A program made the position numbers and the translations under genes. DNA of 55,884 nt, counting the filler, from Porpidia crustulata (lineage: Eukaryota), in NCBI GenBank assembly GCA_964255105.1. It is 6 parts of 6 records of this genome, joined end to end, with 100 filler letters (N's around TTAATTAATTAA, not from the genome) between each part and the next. Parts side by side here need not be neighbours in the genome. Positions count along the whole stretch, not along the records: positions 1 to 9,252 come from CAXUWE010000970.1; positions 9,353 to 18,592 come from CAXUWE010000971.1; 4 more parts are not named here. The stretch is one strand, 5' to 3'. Each line of letters begins with the position of its first letter. Positions within the stretch are counted from its first letter, which is position 1. Positions 1 to 11,949 of the stretch are shown one piece after another. The notes under the pieces are model-generated. The model ran no database searches. It had not been told where the DNA came from and saw only the letters and a list, made by a program, of their open reading frames with translations.

Positions 1-70
1 TGTGGTGTAGCTGTAGGTAGGTGTGGTGTAGCTGTAAGTGGGTGTGGTGTAGCTATAAGTGGGCGTGGTG
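1..70. repeat. 21-bp coding tandem repeat, >3 copies (TTPTYSY on minus strand)
   Basis: tgtggtgtagctgtaggtagg / tgtggtgtagctgtaagtggg / tgtggtgtagctataagtggg / cgtggtgtgg. Confidence 0.85.
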
Positions 71-809
71 TGGCTTGGAGTGGTGAAGCCAGAGCGAGAT
101 GATGCCGATGATGCGGCTGCCCCGGTAGATGAGAGGACGCTCGGCGTGCCGAGGGTGCTGTATATGGCCGTGGCGTAGTAGTCGTTCAGGAACTCGACGC
201 TTGCAAACGTGAGGGAAGTTTGGCAATCGAAAAGACGGGTGCCGCCGGCGAAGGCAAAAGTGTTGCAGTAAGGTCTCCGTGATTCGGAGCTAGTGGAATC
301 AGCCAAAGGAAGTCACCCACGAGCGCAGCTCGGCGTCTGCAAGGGAACATAGGGAAACGGCTTACCATTTCAGAATAGATATGTTTTGCTCACACGCGCT
401 GCCACAAGTATCTCCGTAGTTGTAGCATGCGGTGTAGAGAGCATCGCAGGATCCTGTCGTATCTGGACAGCATCCCACCGCTGATCCGGATCTGGCGCAA
501 GCGTATTGCGCGCTACAGCTTAGAATATCGTCTGAACACCAATTAGAGAAAGTCGCGACTCGACCGAGATGTAGACTCACTGGGGTCGCCCGTTACAAGC
601 CCACACCAATTGTCTAGCGGAGGGGACACGACATCACGTCGCCGGAGCGCTGGGGGAATTCCTTCGAACCCTGGGGCATCAGTCGGGCGTAGCGACATGC
701 CCGCCATGGGCATGAGGCCAGCCTGGGTGGGAATTGGTCCCGGCCATGGTATTGCGGCAACACGGTCCAAGAGTAGAGACCCGACAATCAGAGCCGTTGT
801 GATCACCAT
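1..809 (-). CDS. Cys-rich secreted/cell-surface protein with Ser/Thr-rich tail, 3' end truncated by contig edge (exons ~809-581, 531-366, 289-1)
   Basis: ATG at 809 with a hydrophobic signal peptide (MVITTALIVGSLLLDRVAA) and an RRR dibasic site. GT..AG introns with branch sites join Cys-rich exons (WCG, C..GCCP..C..C..C, YCNT..C) to an S/T-rich region that runs off the contig. Confidence 0.7.
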
Positions 810-2406
810 GGCGGGAAATTTTCTGGAGAAAGAGCAGAATTCCCCTGCTGATGAGCAACGATATCACGGTGCAGCAACAAGAATGCGGTTGATGTGGAGG
901 CACCTCCCAGTCTTAAGTCAGCCCATGGACAATTTCCTCGAAAGCTTCGGCCTCGTGGACAAGTAACTCTTCGGCGCCGGCGCGATGCAACTAGTCTGCA
1001 GTGCAATGGCCGACATGATCTGACTGGTAGATAGACAGCAGCAGTGTGTAAGGGGAAACGGCAGACTGGTAGATACTGGGGGTCTGGGAGTCTGGAGACG
1101 GACAGGGCGAGTAGGCTAAGGTAGATGCCAAGCCAGGGCGTGATATTGGCATCTGCAGGCCGATCGGGATCCAGTCGGGAGACAGGGGCATTAATTGGCA
1201 TTTGATCTCAATTGTCTTGGATGTTGAGTCTTCGATAAGCCTTGCCTGGCTATTCAGACCCCGAATGGCGCAAACCTACGGCTCGTACTCGCATAAGTCG
1301 CGTTCAGCTCACGACCTGCGCATAGCAGCAGACAGACACTGAACACATTTACTCTGGAGGGCAACGGAAATCCAGGTCCCCAGCTTCCATTGTTGCTTTC
1401 AGCAGTCTTGTTGCCACCATTGCTTCTCTTCTGCTTATTTCATGCGGTCTCGAGTAGACAAGTGTGGGCATCCATCTGTGGTGCCCTTATTGTGGTTTAC
1501 CGTAGAAGTTACCTCCTTAGGGCTGTCTCCAAACAGAATTCGGTTAAGCTTCATGCGCCATCGCTTATTATTCCCTCGCCCATCATAAGCATCCGGCAAT
1601 TTGCTTCCGGTCTAGACTGCCAAGGCCATCGCCAAGAAAATCTCGTGATCTCTCGACTTTATCCGCACGAGGCGCAGTCACAGATGTGGCTTCGTGGATA
1701 TATGGCTGTGCATGCATGATTGTGCCTTGCGAGATCTGTTCTCGCATACTGCCCACGGCGGAAAGACTAATGTTCTGATCGAGGGAAGTTGGATGCAGAA
1801 TGGAGAAATTTTTGGTGCTTTTGCTCGAGCACTGTTACAGGGACGAAGAAAGCCATTGGGATTCCTTGTATTACGGAAGTAGTTGTAGCAGAGTATCGAG
1901 TAATTTTTTGCTTTGTGACTCTGAACATTAGAAGATTCGCGTCAGAAGTTCGATTTCATTCAATCTATCTCGACTTCCTGTGTGGTAATACGCGGTTGAA
2001 TTAACTCTGTAAGAAGTCCTTACAAAATGAATGATTTTAGATACTCCTTCATGTCGCCAAAAAACATATATGGAGCGTCCTGCGATCCCGACTCATCCAT
2101 CGATCCCCCGTTTTGTTGCTACCATCCCGGACTTCTTGATAACTTTGGAGATGAAAATTGTGGTACCATAACGAGTTTCCACAGCACACATCACCTGTTA
2201 TTCCATAATACGTATTACCTGCCCAACGTAGATGGCCCGATTCCAAAATATCCTAGGAAATTTTACCACCCATTATCATCCATTCCCAGCCAATCCAGTT
2301 ATCGATATCGGGAGAAGAACAAAACCTCCTTTCCAGTAACGCCACGCTTTTGCACCATATTCCAGCACTTCGCTCGCGTAGACCAGCCATAATGTATACC
2401 CCTTTT

Positions 2407-3903
2407 TCAAATCTCAATAGGACTTTCCTCGCGCTTATATGGAACCACAAAGCAGGCTTCAGTGTTGGGGAGACCTATCTTCTTCTCTGCAATTTGGGCC
2501 ACGGTAGCGGCGTCAAAGATACCCTCCCGACGAGGTGCTATCTTTAGCAAGTAGAGTGCTTCCCGGGACATTGAAGGATCTGGGCAATTCGTGGCAGTAA
2601 AGTATAATGGCGCGACAACGTTCGCATCGAAAGAGAAGGAAGGCAGAGATGATATAGTTTTTGAGTTGGGTTTGTAAAGCAGCGATTCTGACATTGAGAT
2701 GAGTGCTCTGTAATGCGAACTGACGTCGTTAATTTTGGTCTCGCCTGTAGATAGAGCGGGAGAACTGGTTGCTAGCATGATAAAGGTGACCTCGTATCGG
2801 ATCTTAAGCACTTTGGCCGCGCGGAAATCGAGTGTCTTGAGCGGCTTCTTAAGTAAGCCATCGATTCCGACTAAGAATAGCTGGAACTGAGTTTCAAGTT
2901 CAAGATGCTCTAATGTGACGGCGGCTGGTCTTTCTAACGCAGGAATACTTTTGTACTTGGCGTTCAGGGCCAGAAATCGGAACAACCAGATAGTCAGCTT
3001 CTCTTGGCTGTCTCTTGCTTCGTCGACGCTGTGAAAGGTTGCTGATATGGGTGGTTTGATTCCACGTTCTACGCTTGCAGTGAGTAAATCTAGCTGAGGT
3101 TTCCGAGTTTTCAAGAAGCCTGTTGCTTGTATTTCAAGGCGAAGAAATAGGTTGGTAAGTATGTCTTTCCCAACAATCTCACTACTGCGAGACGACGGCG
3201 TGCTTGGTTGTTTTCGCCAACTACGCAAGATACTGAGACCACTCTCTAGATGCGCGAGAGCAAGCTCCAGATTACCTTGAAGGCTTTCGAAGCATATGAA
3301 TACTATACAACAAATGAGTGCAACTTCCGACCCCCATCTCCCATGACCGGAATTGAGGTGTTCACTGAGGTGTTGAATGGCTTTATTGTATTGTTGCATG
3401 GAGAAACGATAGTTGGAGTCCTTTGACTCAGCCTCTTGCGGCATCTCCTTCAATTTGAAGTTCTCATGAGCAGCACTTAGCGCAACCAAAGAATGATGTA
3501 TTGCTGGTTCTTGCCGGCCAATTTGAAGCACTAGACGGTTCCAGAAGCTTGAATTGAAGCACCCAGAAAGATCGGGAACACTTTGATCGTTGAAGTACGC
3601 CATAAACCGTCGCTCCTTTTTGTTCCCTGGAAGATTGATCGATATCCCAAGGGTAACCATAGAGCGACGTGTGGGGAGCATGGACAACTCGCTAGGAGTG
3701 ATGATGGTCCAATCATCAGAGACGTCATGGCACTTATGGCCAGCCTTCTTGCATTTGGAACAATATATTTCGGTACTACGTTTTGCCCGTCGGATCCTGT
3801 AATTTAAGGATCAGCGCAAGGATGGCATGAGGTGTGAGGGACAGGCGGGAATAGGATAATCTCCATACTTGGATCCTCCTCCAGGCGACGGAACGAGCCG
3901 CAT
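2407..3903 (-). CDS. Fungal C6 (Zn2Cys6-family) transcription factor with Fungal_trans_2-like regulatory domain; zinc cluster degenerate (exons 3903-3869, 3796-2407)
   Basis: Family-typical motifs ERRFMAYF, FWNRLVLQ..EPAIHHSLVALSA, YNKAI, LICCIVFICFESLQG..ALAHLESGL, PLYFTA..C, RREG. GTATGG..CTGAT..CAG intron at 3868-3797 keeps the frame. Confidence 0.8.
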
Positions 3904-4360
3904 CCTCACTCGTCCGACTCTCCAAATCGGAAGCCTTCCCTAATTGGCGCCGTGAACGGCCGTAGTGATGTCCCGCCTAATGTGCGGACACAAGTTGGTT
4001 GGTGGTGGGAGACTAACACTCTCCTCTTGAATGCGCCTCTAGGCTCTGAGCGTGTGGGAGACTCGTCTGAATCCTTAATTCTACGATTGGAAGTCGAGGG
4101 AGCTCGAGGCGGAGATATCCATCATACCCTGCTAATTAGCCTGTTCCGCTAATCCTTCTTGGGCGGTCTTGAGAGTTGCGGCTCCCGTCGCTTGGATTTC
4201 CCGCCTGAGTTCGAAGACAATCTGGTCCTTTCCGTGTCGAATGTATTCTGTGCGACGGTCATGCAAGACTGAGGAGTGAGGTTTGGAAAAATCTGTTGGG
4301 AGAAGGATAAGTTTGAAAAGACTTTTTCTTGCTGACGATGTGGATTGTGAAACGTTTGCA

Positions 4361-5555
4361 ATGAGCGCCGCAGCAACCACGCCGCACTTTCCCTCCCACA
4401 GCCAACCACGAGTCTGGCTTGTCACGTGTGCCTCCTCGCCAATTGGTATTGCAGTCTCTCGTGAGCTACTGAAACACGGCGACCTCCTGATTGCAGGTGT
4501 CAGATCTACAGATTTGTCAGACGAACATGGCCAACCAGGTGAAGAATTTGGTAAATTTTGGCAAGAGGCCATTGCTGAGGGCTGGAATAATCGGTGCAGG
4601 ATCGTTGGGCTGGATGAGAGGTGTGAGGGTCCAACAAAGCTCGATTAGAAAATGAATGGACTTATTAAGACGACAACATTAGAACGATGGGTCAATGCCA
4701 AGCTGCCATAGCTCAAGCCATCAAAGTGTTTGGAAAACTTGACATTCTGTTCTGCTGTTCGAGCGAAGCTGTCGTTGGTACTGTCGAAGAGCTCGCCACT
4801 ACTCGATGGAGCCAAGCTCTTATGCGAGATCAATTCGAAACGAATTTCTTTGGGCCTGTCAACATAATCAAAGCGGCTTTACCTGCCATGCGACAGAAAA
4901 GCTCGGGTCATATCATCACACTGACGGGGATAAGTGAGTCCTCTGCCCTTCTGAAATGCGATCAACCAGCTTAGTATAGTCTGCAGCCGGCCACTTAGGA
5001 ACCCCGGGTTTAGGTGTTTATTGTGCGTCAAGTTGGGCCCTCGAGGGATTCTGCGATAGCCTCGCCTACGAAATCGCCCCTTTCAATATAAAGATGACTA
5101 TCATTCAGCCAAATCTTGAAGTCAACGTCTTGACCAACCGTATTACCGCCGCCCCGCTCCTTCCCCAATATTCGCCTCAACAAAACCCTGCTCCACTCTC
5201 CCGAACAATTATCGGAGGATTACTCGATCGCCTATCTTTCGCAGATCCCGCCACCTCGACTACCATGTCTCTTTCGTCTACTACCGAGATCACATCGCTC
5301 ATACCTACTCTTCCAGGCCCAATGTGCATATCGCTCGTCGCGGAAACTGTAAATGCAATCACAGCAATCGCTGGGCATGAGAACCCTCCAGCAAGACATA
5401 TTGTAGGTTTTGAGGGCATCACTAGCGTGAAGGAAAAGCTGAAGACGGTGAGTGAGGAGCTGGAGGACTTCGTGGAGGTGAGCTGTGCTGTCGATATTGG
5501 TGGGGGAGACGGGGCGCTTTCTGGTGGGCATGAGCTAAGGGGGGAGGTGGGTTAA
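4361..5555 (+). CDS. Short-chain dehydrogenase/reductase family protein, atypical (introns ~4621-4682 and ~4934-4986)
   Basis: RVWLVTCASSPIG, FGKLDIL, QFETNFFGPVNIIKAALPAMR, YCASSWALEGFCDSLAYEIAPFNIK. Confidence 0.85.
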
Positions 5556-6178
5556 CTATTTTGCGTTGGGGGATTGAACTTCGAACGAATGATCTAGCCC
5601 GAAAGCAAGTGTCATCGAGAATGCAGCTTGACAATTCAATCGCTACTCTATCTTGCCATCGGGGCATAGGAACTACGTCTCCATATCTAACGGAGATAGA
5701 TGTCAAGGGTTATCGAGAGAAATCAGATGCCAAAGACGCTTCGAGTGAAGCTCGGTAGGCAATCTGTAGTCTATAGAGTCTATCTTGAATGCTACGTATT
5801 GTAGTTTTCAATCTTGATGATTTCAATTAGTCTCAAGGGCAGGATTAATCTTCATAACCCCCTTATATGGGGACGATTTCTCTATCCACATGCAATTAGG
5901 TAGTTAGTAAAAGGTGAACCTGAAGTGTCACTATCTATCTAAATTATCCTTCAATGATTAAATGAATACACAAACGAGACAAAATTGTCCTTGGAGGGGG
6001 AATGCATTGAAACAGCACTAGATTGTATCGATACCCACGCTTAGGACCTCACCCGTTCAACGTCACGTGAATTAGAGTGCTGTGTGTGCATACATGCACG
6101 GCGACGGATTCAAGGTTCCGCTAGAGCACTTCCATTGGTATCGTCTGACAGTTGTAAAAGCTTACCTATCTGCCCTAC

Positions 6179-7266
6179 ATGACATCGTCTAGAGAACCTC
6201 CTTTGGATGAGTCTGTGTGGCGGTCGCCGGAAGATGTTCAGCAGATGGGGGGCATCCATACCAACACTGGTAGAACTCACCTCCGAGCTCCAGTACATCA
6301 CTCATTGTCCGATAGTGCTCCACTACTTTGCACGGTCTTCATTCTTTGACGCTACCTCGAACAATGCAGTACTTACAACTCAAGCAACCCACAATGCTGG
6401 TATGGCCCACGTTATCGGAACTCGTGAGGCCTTTGAGGGAGCACTACGGACAATGCAAGGCTTGGAGTTCGTGGTATCACATGATCCTTCTGAGAACGGA
6501 CACAAGATAGAAAATAGCGGAGTATGGGTGATACGCAAGCAGACTCGACGGAAAAGACAGGGAGCCGATGATGAGCTTCTGCCCATTAGCTCTTATTTTG
6601 TGGTTGGCGAAAATATCTATATGGCACCTTCTGTCCTGAGTATAATAAGTAATAGGATGGTTCGTACTGTGCTCAATCATTTGGGGAGAGAAAAGTTTAA
6701 TCCCCGAGTAGCTCTCGGTCGTCACATCTCTGAACCAAATGCTCTCGACTGCATCTACGTTACCAATTTTCACACCCTCTCTGGGCCATACATACCTACC
6801 ACTCGCGCCGAAGAGCGTCGCTTCTGCGTCCAGTACACAGGTGAACCAATTAAGCGGTGGAAACACGCCGATCCCAAGCACACAAGAGACCAATGGGAGC
6901 AGCAAAACTCTGCCTACTACTAAGACAGATCTAGAAACCGATGATCAGGCGATCCAGATGCTCGCCGAGTCCTACAGCTTGTTTCTCCGCTATGGTAATG
7001 AATACATGGATGAGAACCCGCTTGTGGGTGAACCTGGGTCCTTCATCATGTCCAAGACTCGAGAGCCTATGCCTCCGTCCAATCTAAAAATACAGACATC
7101 GATACCAGCGAAATCTGCTGGATTGGCCGAGACAAAAACCCCGACTCCCTTTGCCTCTACAAAGAAAGTTAGTAAGGGCACGGAGAAAAGTCCAATCTCG
7201 CCTGGTACAAAAGATAAGAAGACAAGGCGAAAAAGCAAAGCTGTTGGCTCTACTACCCCAAAGTGA
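6179..7266 (+). CDS. MED6: Mediator complex subunit 6 (introns ~6270-6315 and ~6660-6710)
   Basis: MTSSREPPLDE..WRSP..IHTNT/VLHYFARSSFFDATSNNA, GLEFVV, VWVIRKQ, YFVVGENIYMAPS, FTPSLGHTY, YGNEYMDENPLVGEPGSF. Confidence 0.9.
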
Positions 7267-9252
7267 GGATAGTCGACTTGGTGATCTACGCTCCAAGATA
7301 GTGGTCCGTCCATGACAACGTCTTCCAGCCAATACTGAAGAGGCTTCACACAGCCACTTTGGCGAATTTGCCACGAAGTAGGTTATATCTCCGTTTTGGT
7401 TCTATCCTATGAGGTTTCACAAGAGTGTGGCCAAAATATGATAGAATCGGGTATGCCTATGCATACAAGCTCATTCATAGACAGTAAAGAAGGCAGGACT
7501 AAAACTCAATGGCACGTAGAGTACCATACATCATCTGGCCGTCCGATCTTCCTGGCTTTATTTGTGTAATAGGCCTTCTGCACTGTGGAGCGGATTTAAG
7601 GGGATTAGGTATGAATTGTCACGCATTGTCGAGCACATTCACGGTTCTCAACGTCGACAACACTATTACCCTACAGTCATGCCAGTGCCTTGCGTCGCTC
7701 CGTCTAATTTCAGCTAAGTCATCTCTCTCTGGCTCTATGAGAGAAGCTATGAAGCCAAGAGGCAGTCTTTGATTCCTATTCGAACTCTTCAACTGGCTTT
7801 ACTTGCTAGCAATGCATATAGATTCGAGCAGCGGGTCATTGCAACGCCACGCTGCAAGCTAACACGTATAATCACACCGTTCTGACCCGCCCAAGGGCCG
7901 GAGATCCTCGCTTCATATTGCAAAAAACGGGCGATATCCATATACTATAGACTGCTGGAAATGCTCCTCCGTGGTTGTATAGCACTGGGTGGGTCGCGAT
8001 CAACACGCAATGGTCACTCTCTTGCCAATAAGTACGAGATTGCTCGTACTAGCACGCGGTCATTGGAAAATATTCACGTTGAATTTCTGCAACAGTCAAG
8101 TGTGCGACTCGTGATTCTACGACAACGACTAGTCTTTGTTTCGGAAGGCCGCTTGAGATCATGTATCTGCACTTCCGACGTTTTTACGGGCATCACGATC
8201 GGATAAAACCAGCCGACGAGAGAATTTCCAACGCCAGCTACCATACAGCCCTCTGAGTATCATCTATGGCATCCAAGTCTTGTCGCGTCTCGAGCGCCTG
8301 TTGTGTGTTCAACCTAACGGCTTGGTACTAAAAAACTACCCAACCAATCTTGCTTCTACGCTTCGAGCAACCCCCACAACAGAAATTGTGAAAATTTCCG
8401 GCGCAAGACTTCTCTGCGGCGCCTTCCTGCGTAGTGTACCGTTGTCGGTCTCACGAAAAATGCGACAACTCTCAGTTATCAAATGCAGCGTTGTATCGGC
8501 GATTTTTTGCGGGTTGGGGCAAGTAAGCAGAGCCATTCCCACCTATGAAGATCACCCGAACTCGATGCTGCACCTGGCTGACGTCGATTGTGGTGAAGTG
8601 AAATTTTGGGTGCACTGGCAATGGAGCTTAGTATGGCCTTGTCGCACAAGAATCATCCTGACTTTGATATTAACATGTGCATTTCAGTCTCTAGTCTCTC
8701 TTCTCATGGGAAATCTTTGCCAATCCCTACAGCCTACGGTATGACTGAGAATTGTCGTTATTCCCTGTTGGAAACTGATCTACTCTGAGACTAGCTCGAT
8801 TACTGTATCAGAGAGTGGGCATACGATTCATCGATGTACGGATATAAATCTCGGGGTTTTCTAGCTCACTTAACCTGACAGCTCGCAAATCGCGATTCAG
8901 TACTTCTACAGCTACGGCGATTAGTCGATAGAAGTTCTGATAGGAACCGTCCGAATTAGCACCGCAATGCAGGGCAATTCCCAAGCTTGTACTGCAGCCT
9001 TCAGTAAATGCCTCGTCATGCTTACAGCGTTTCTTATATGCATGGTGATCCTTCTCTCTTAATCTTCGATCTCCTTATCCTACCTCATTAGAATCTTTTA
9101 AATAAAAGGCATATCAGTGTGCGTGCTATCTAGCCAGCAGTCTATGGTATGCCGTCATCTTCTTTTTCCACGCTCTCTGTCGGGGTCTCCCTACTGTTCT
9201 CGGCCTTGGTAGCACCTACCCTTGCCGCGCTACCGCCTCCATTGTATATATC

Positions 9253-9352
9253 NNNNNNNNNNNNNNNNNNNNNNNNNNNNNNNNNNNNNNNNNNNNTTAA
9301 TTAATTAANNNNNNNNNNNNNNNNNNNNNNNNNNNNNNNNNNNNNNNNNNNN
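9253..9352. other. Artificial contig spacer N44-TTAATTAATTAA-N44
   Basis: Identical 100-bp linker with stop codons in all six frames; occurs five times in the window. Confidence 0.98.
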
Positions 9353-10475
9353 CGAGAATGCAGGTACGTAGTACCTAATCCAATTAATGGGTCTAACCCA
9401 TCACAGAATATTAAAATAGAATTTATAGAATTTAGAAATAATATTGCTAGTTGGACCCTACCTATCGGTACATCCAGTAGCACATGGTCTTACTTCGTAC
9501 GACATCATTATCGCGTCTTTTTCGTTTATACGCGTTATTTAATAAATTTCGCTGACAGCATGTTTTTATTATTGAAGTTTATTAAATGAAGCATTCTCTC
9601 GTCATCGTATTAAAAAAGCATCTCTTCGTTTACATAGTACTGCTTTTCGTTTTCTATTGAAATGTCGGTAAGGCCAGCAGTCTGGACAGGCCTGCTTAGT
9701 GTCGGATCATGACGTGAAGAGCTGTCAGCTCCCGTCTCACATAGAACTGCCTGTCGTCCTCGTGCAAGACTTCGTCGCCGGCTTTGAATCAGTAGACCTA
9801 GAACCGATTCCCGAGAGTGTCCTTAAACCTCCCCGACTTTTGGTACAGAGCGTTCTCTGCAAGACCCCAGTGCCGGCTGTATGAGATATACAGACCCCGC
9901 TATCGTAAACCTTTACAACATCACTCAACTTGGTCGCCGTGCAGATGCACGGACTGGAGGTGGAAGAGGGAGTCGGGATAGGATAAAGCAGGCCACGACA
10001 GAGTATCCCTGATACTTTCTCGACCAGGTCGAGAAGTTAAGGAGTCGAACGGGCAGTTTGTATGCGTGGGAGGCAGCCGGCATGTGTGGGCGGCAGCCAA
10101 TTCTCGTGGGCCCTGATTCTCGTGGAACCCGGTGCTCGTGAGAGGCAACCGGTATCTTCTGTGCGAAAGACAGCGCAATGGCAGATACACAGATGCATCG
10201 AAACATATAAATAAGGGAATGCCGTTTGATCGTGAATGAGAGCCGTAACAATGTGGGGTCATATTCGATTGGACAGGAAACACCTCGTAGAACATGGTCT
10301 TTCCCCTCGTAACTTACAAGCATCAGTGAAGGATTGTCTTTGCGTCAGGAGATTGAGAGGTGGTCGTCGGTGGATTTATGGGCATTGTGATAGTCTCTTA
10401 TATGGTTGGTCTCAGTGTTGGATTCGAGCCTGTCTCCTAGCCCCCTGAAGCGTCCATGATACCTCACTTCGTTGT

Positions 10476-11400
10476 TCAAGCTACCCCGATTCCAATAGCA
10501 ATTCCATAATGATCACTGACCCATGCATTAATCTCTTTCTAGAGACTTCCCTCGTATCACTTGTCCGATTGGAACACGTTGCTAAAGATATCCCTTTCCC
10601 ATATTCTAATATTCGTCTTGAGGTCAATTCCAAGCCTGCCAACTTTTCCAGTGTGGTCTTCCGCCTCAGCTACTGCGACTACATCGATCGACCCAGTGTA
10701 GAAAAACTTACTAAGTCTCTTACCGCCTTTTGAATTTCGTGACTGCTTGCCCCATGTATACCTAGCTCTTCCACAAGGACTTTCTGAAAAGGCTTTAATT
10801 GTGGGACAGAGAGTGTGTAAATTTCTTCCCGATGTCTCGTAGGTCAATATTGGCTGCTTTGTGGCAACAAGAACCGAGCTTAAATATGGAATTCATGTCG
10901 CCTCCTACTAAGCCGCCTACAATCTCTGAGGCCGGTGTTGACGGCTCTTTAAGCAATGCAGATATCTGAGCTAGCTGGAGCGGCCTTAGCTTCTTGCCTT
11001 CTGGCTCTGGCAATGACTCCAGGTACGTTGTGCAGAGCCTGATGATTTTCCTAGAATTTGATGTGTAGCATTTCAAGGAAGAAACTAGGATATCGACAAT
11101 GACAGCATCTCTTTCCATATTGCTTAAAAAAGGGACTCGAAGCCAGTTCTCGGCAGGGACGTCCCGGGAGACCATCATCAGGGTAAAGTAGCACTGGGGA
11201 GCTTCACATTTCTGATTTTCCAAGATCGTCTTTGACCCACTGGTGTGTGAGGATTGCACTTAGCGATTCGCAGTCTATTTCTTGGAGCATAATGACAAGT
11301 GGAGGCGGCGGGTCTCCAAAACTTTCTTTGAGATAGGATATTGCCGAAAAAGTGCATCCTCGCTGCTCAGTGCCTTGGAATAGCTAGACTAACTGTAATC
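10476..11400 (-). pseudogene. Endonuclease/exonuclease/phosphatase (TDP2-like EEP) pseudogene
   Basis: Ordered EEP motifs spread over different frames: VIMLQE, LCTTYLESL (family THLES), GGDMN, TWG, RL(S)KFFY, WVSDHYGI. Frameshifts lie between the blocks. The 5' boundary is approximate. Confidence 0.75.
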
Positions 11401-11949
11401 AATTACTCCTGTGGCAATTATGCAAGTGCTCAATCCCCAAGTAGCTTTTGGTGGTCCTAGTGGCAATGGAGGTGCAGCCTCGCTGGTCTTAAAAATATGT
11501 GGCCACGTCACCCCGTCTGACCGCCCTATGCTCAATGATTAGCCCCATCTTGTCTTGGTGTTCGGAACCACGTTATTCCCTTACGATCATGTGCAATTAT
11601 GCCAAGGTTGGCCGCCCTCGATTGGAAAACTCTTTTGTCTTTCGGCATTGGAATTTCTTGAGGCCGACCGGGGTCGGCGGGATTTTCACATAATTCCTAC
11701 GGCCTGTGGATCCGAAAATGGCTTTTATCATTCCTCTCATGCTTGATCCCACGGTTTCCATTCTGGTTCCCATCGTTCCCATTCAGGCCTATAGATCCCA
11801 TAATAACTCTAAACTTTTCTTCTCCCATTCCGGCCCCGATAGTTCCTTTTCCGGCCTCCACCAGCTCCCATTGGATCCTATACCAGCCACTACCATTCCT
11901 ATTCTGGCTTCCGTCGTCTGTCCTATGGCTCCCATCCAGGGCCTGCGAG

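Noticed and set aside
7300..9252. Small ORFs downstream of MED6, including a possible 3' gene fragment at 9144-9252 (-)
   Set aside because: No recognisable domains or coding bias; the fragment is too short to call
9297..9308. Recurrent TTAATTAATTAA palindrome as a biological repeat
   Set aside because: Always centred in exactly 44+44 N; it is an assembly linker with six-frame stops
9699..10448. Short overlapping ORFs on both strands as a gene
   Set aside because: An intron-like signal and a stop-interrupted frame hint at a relic, but there is no recognisable motif, so it cannot be supported
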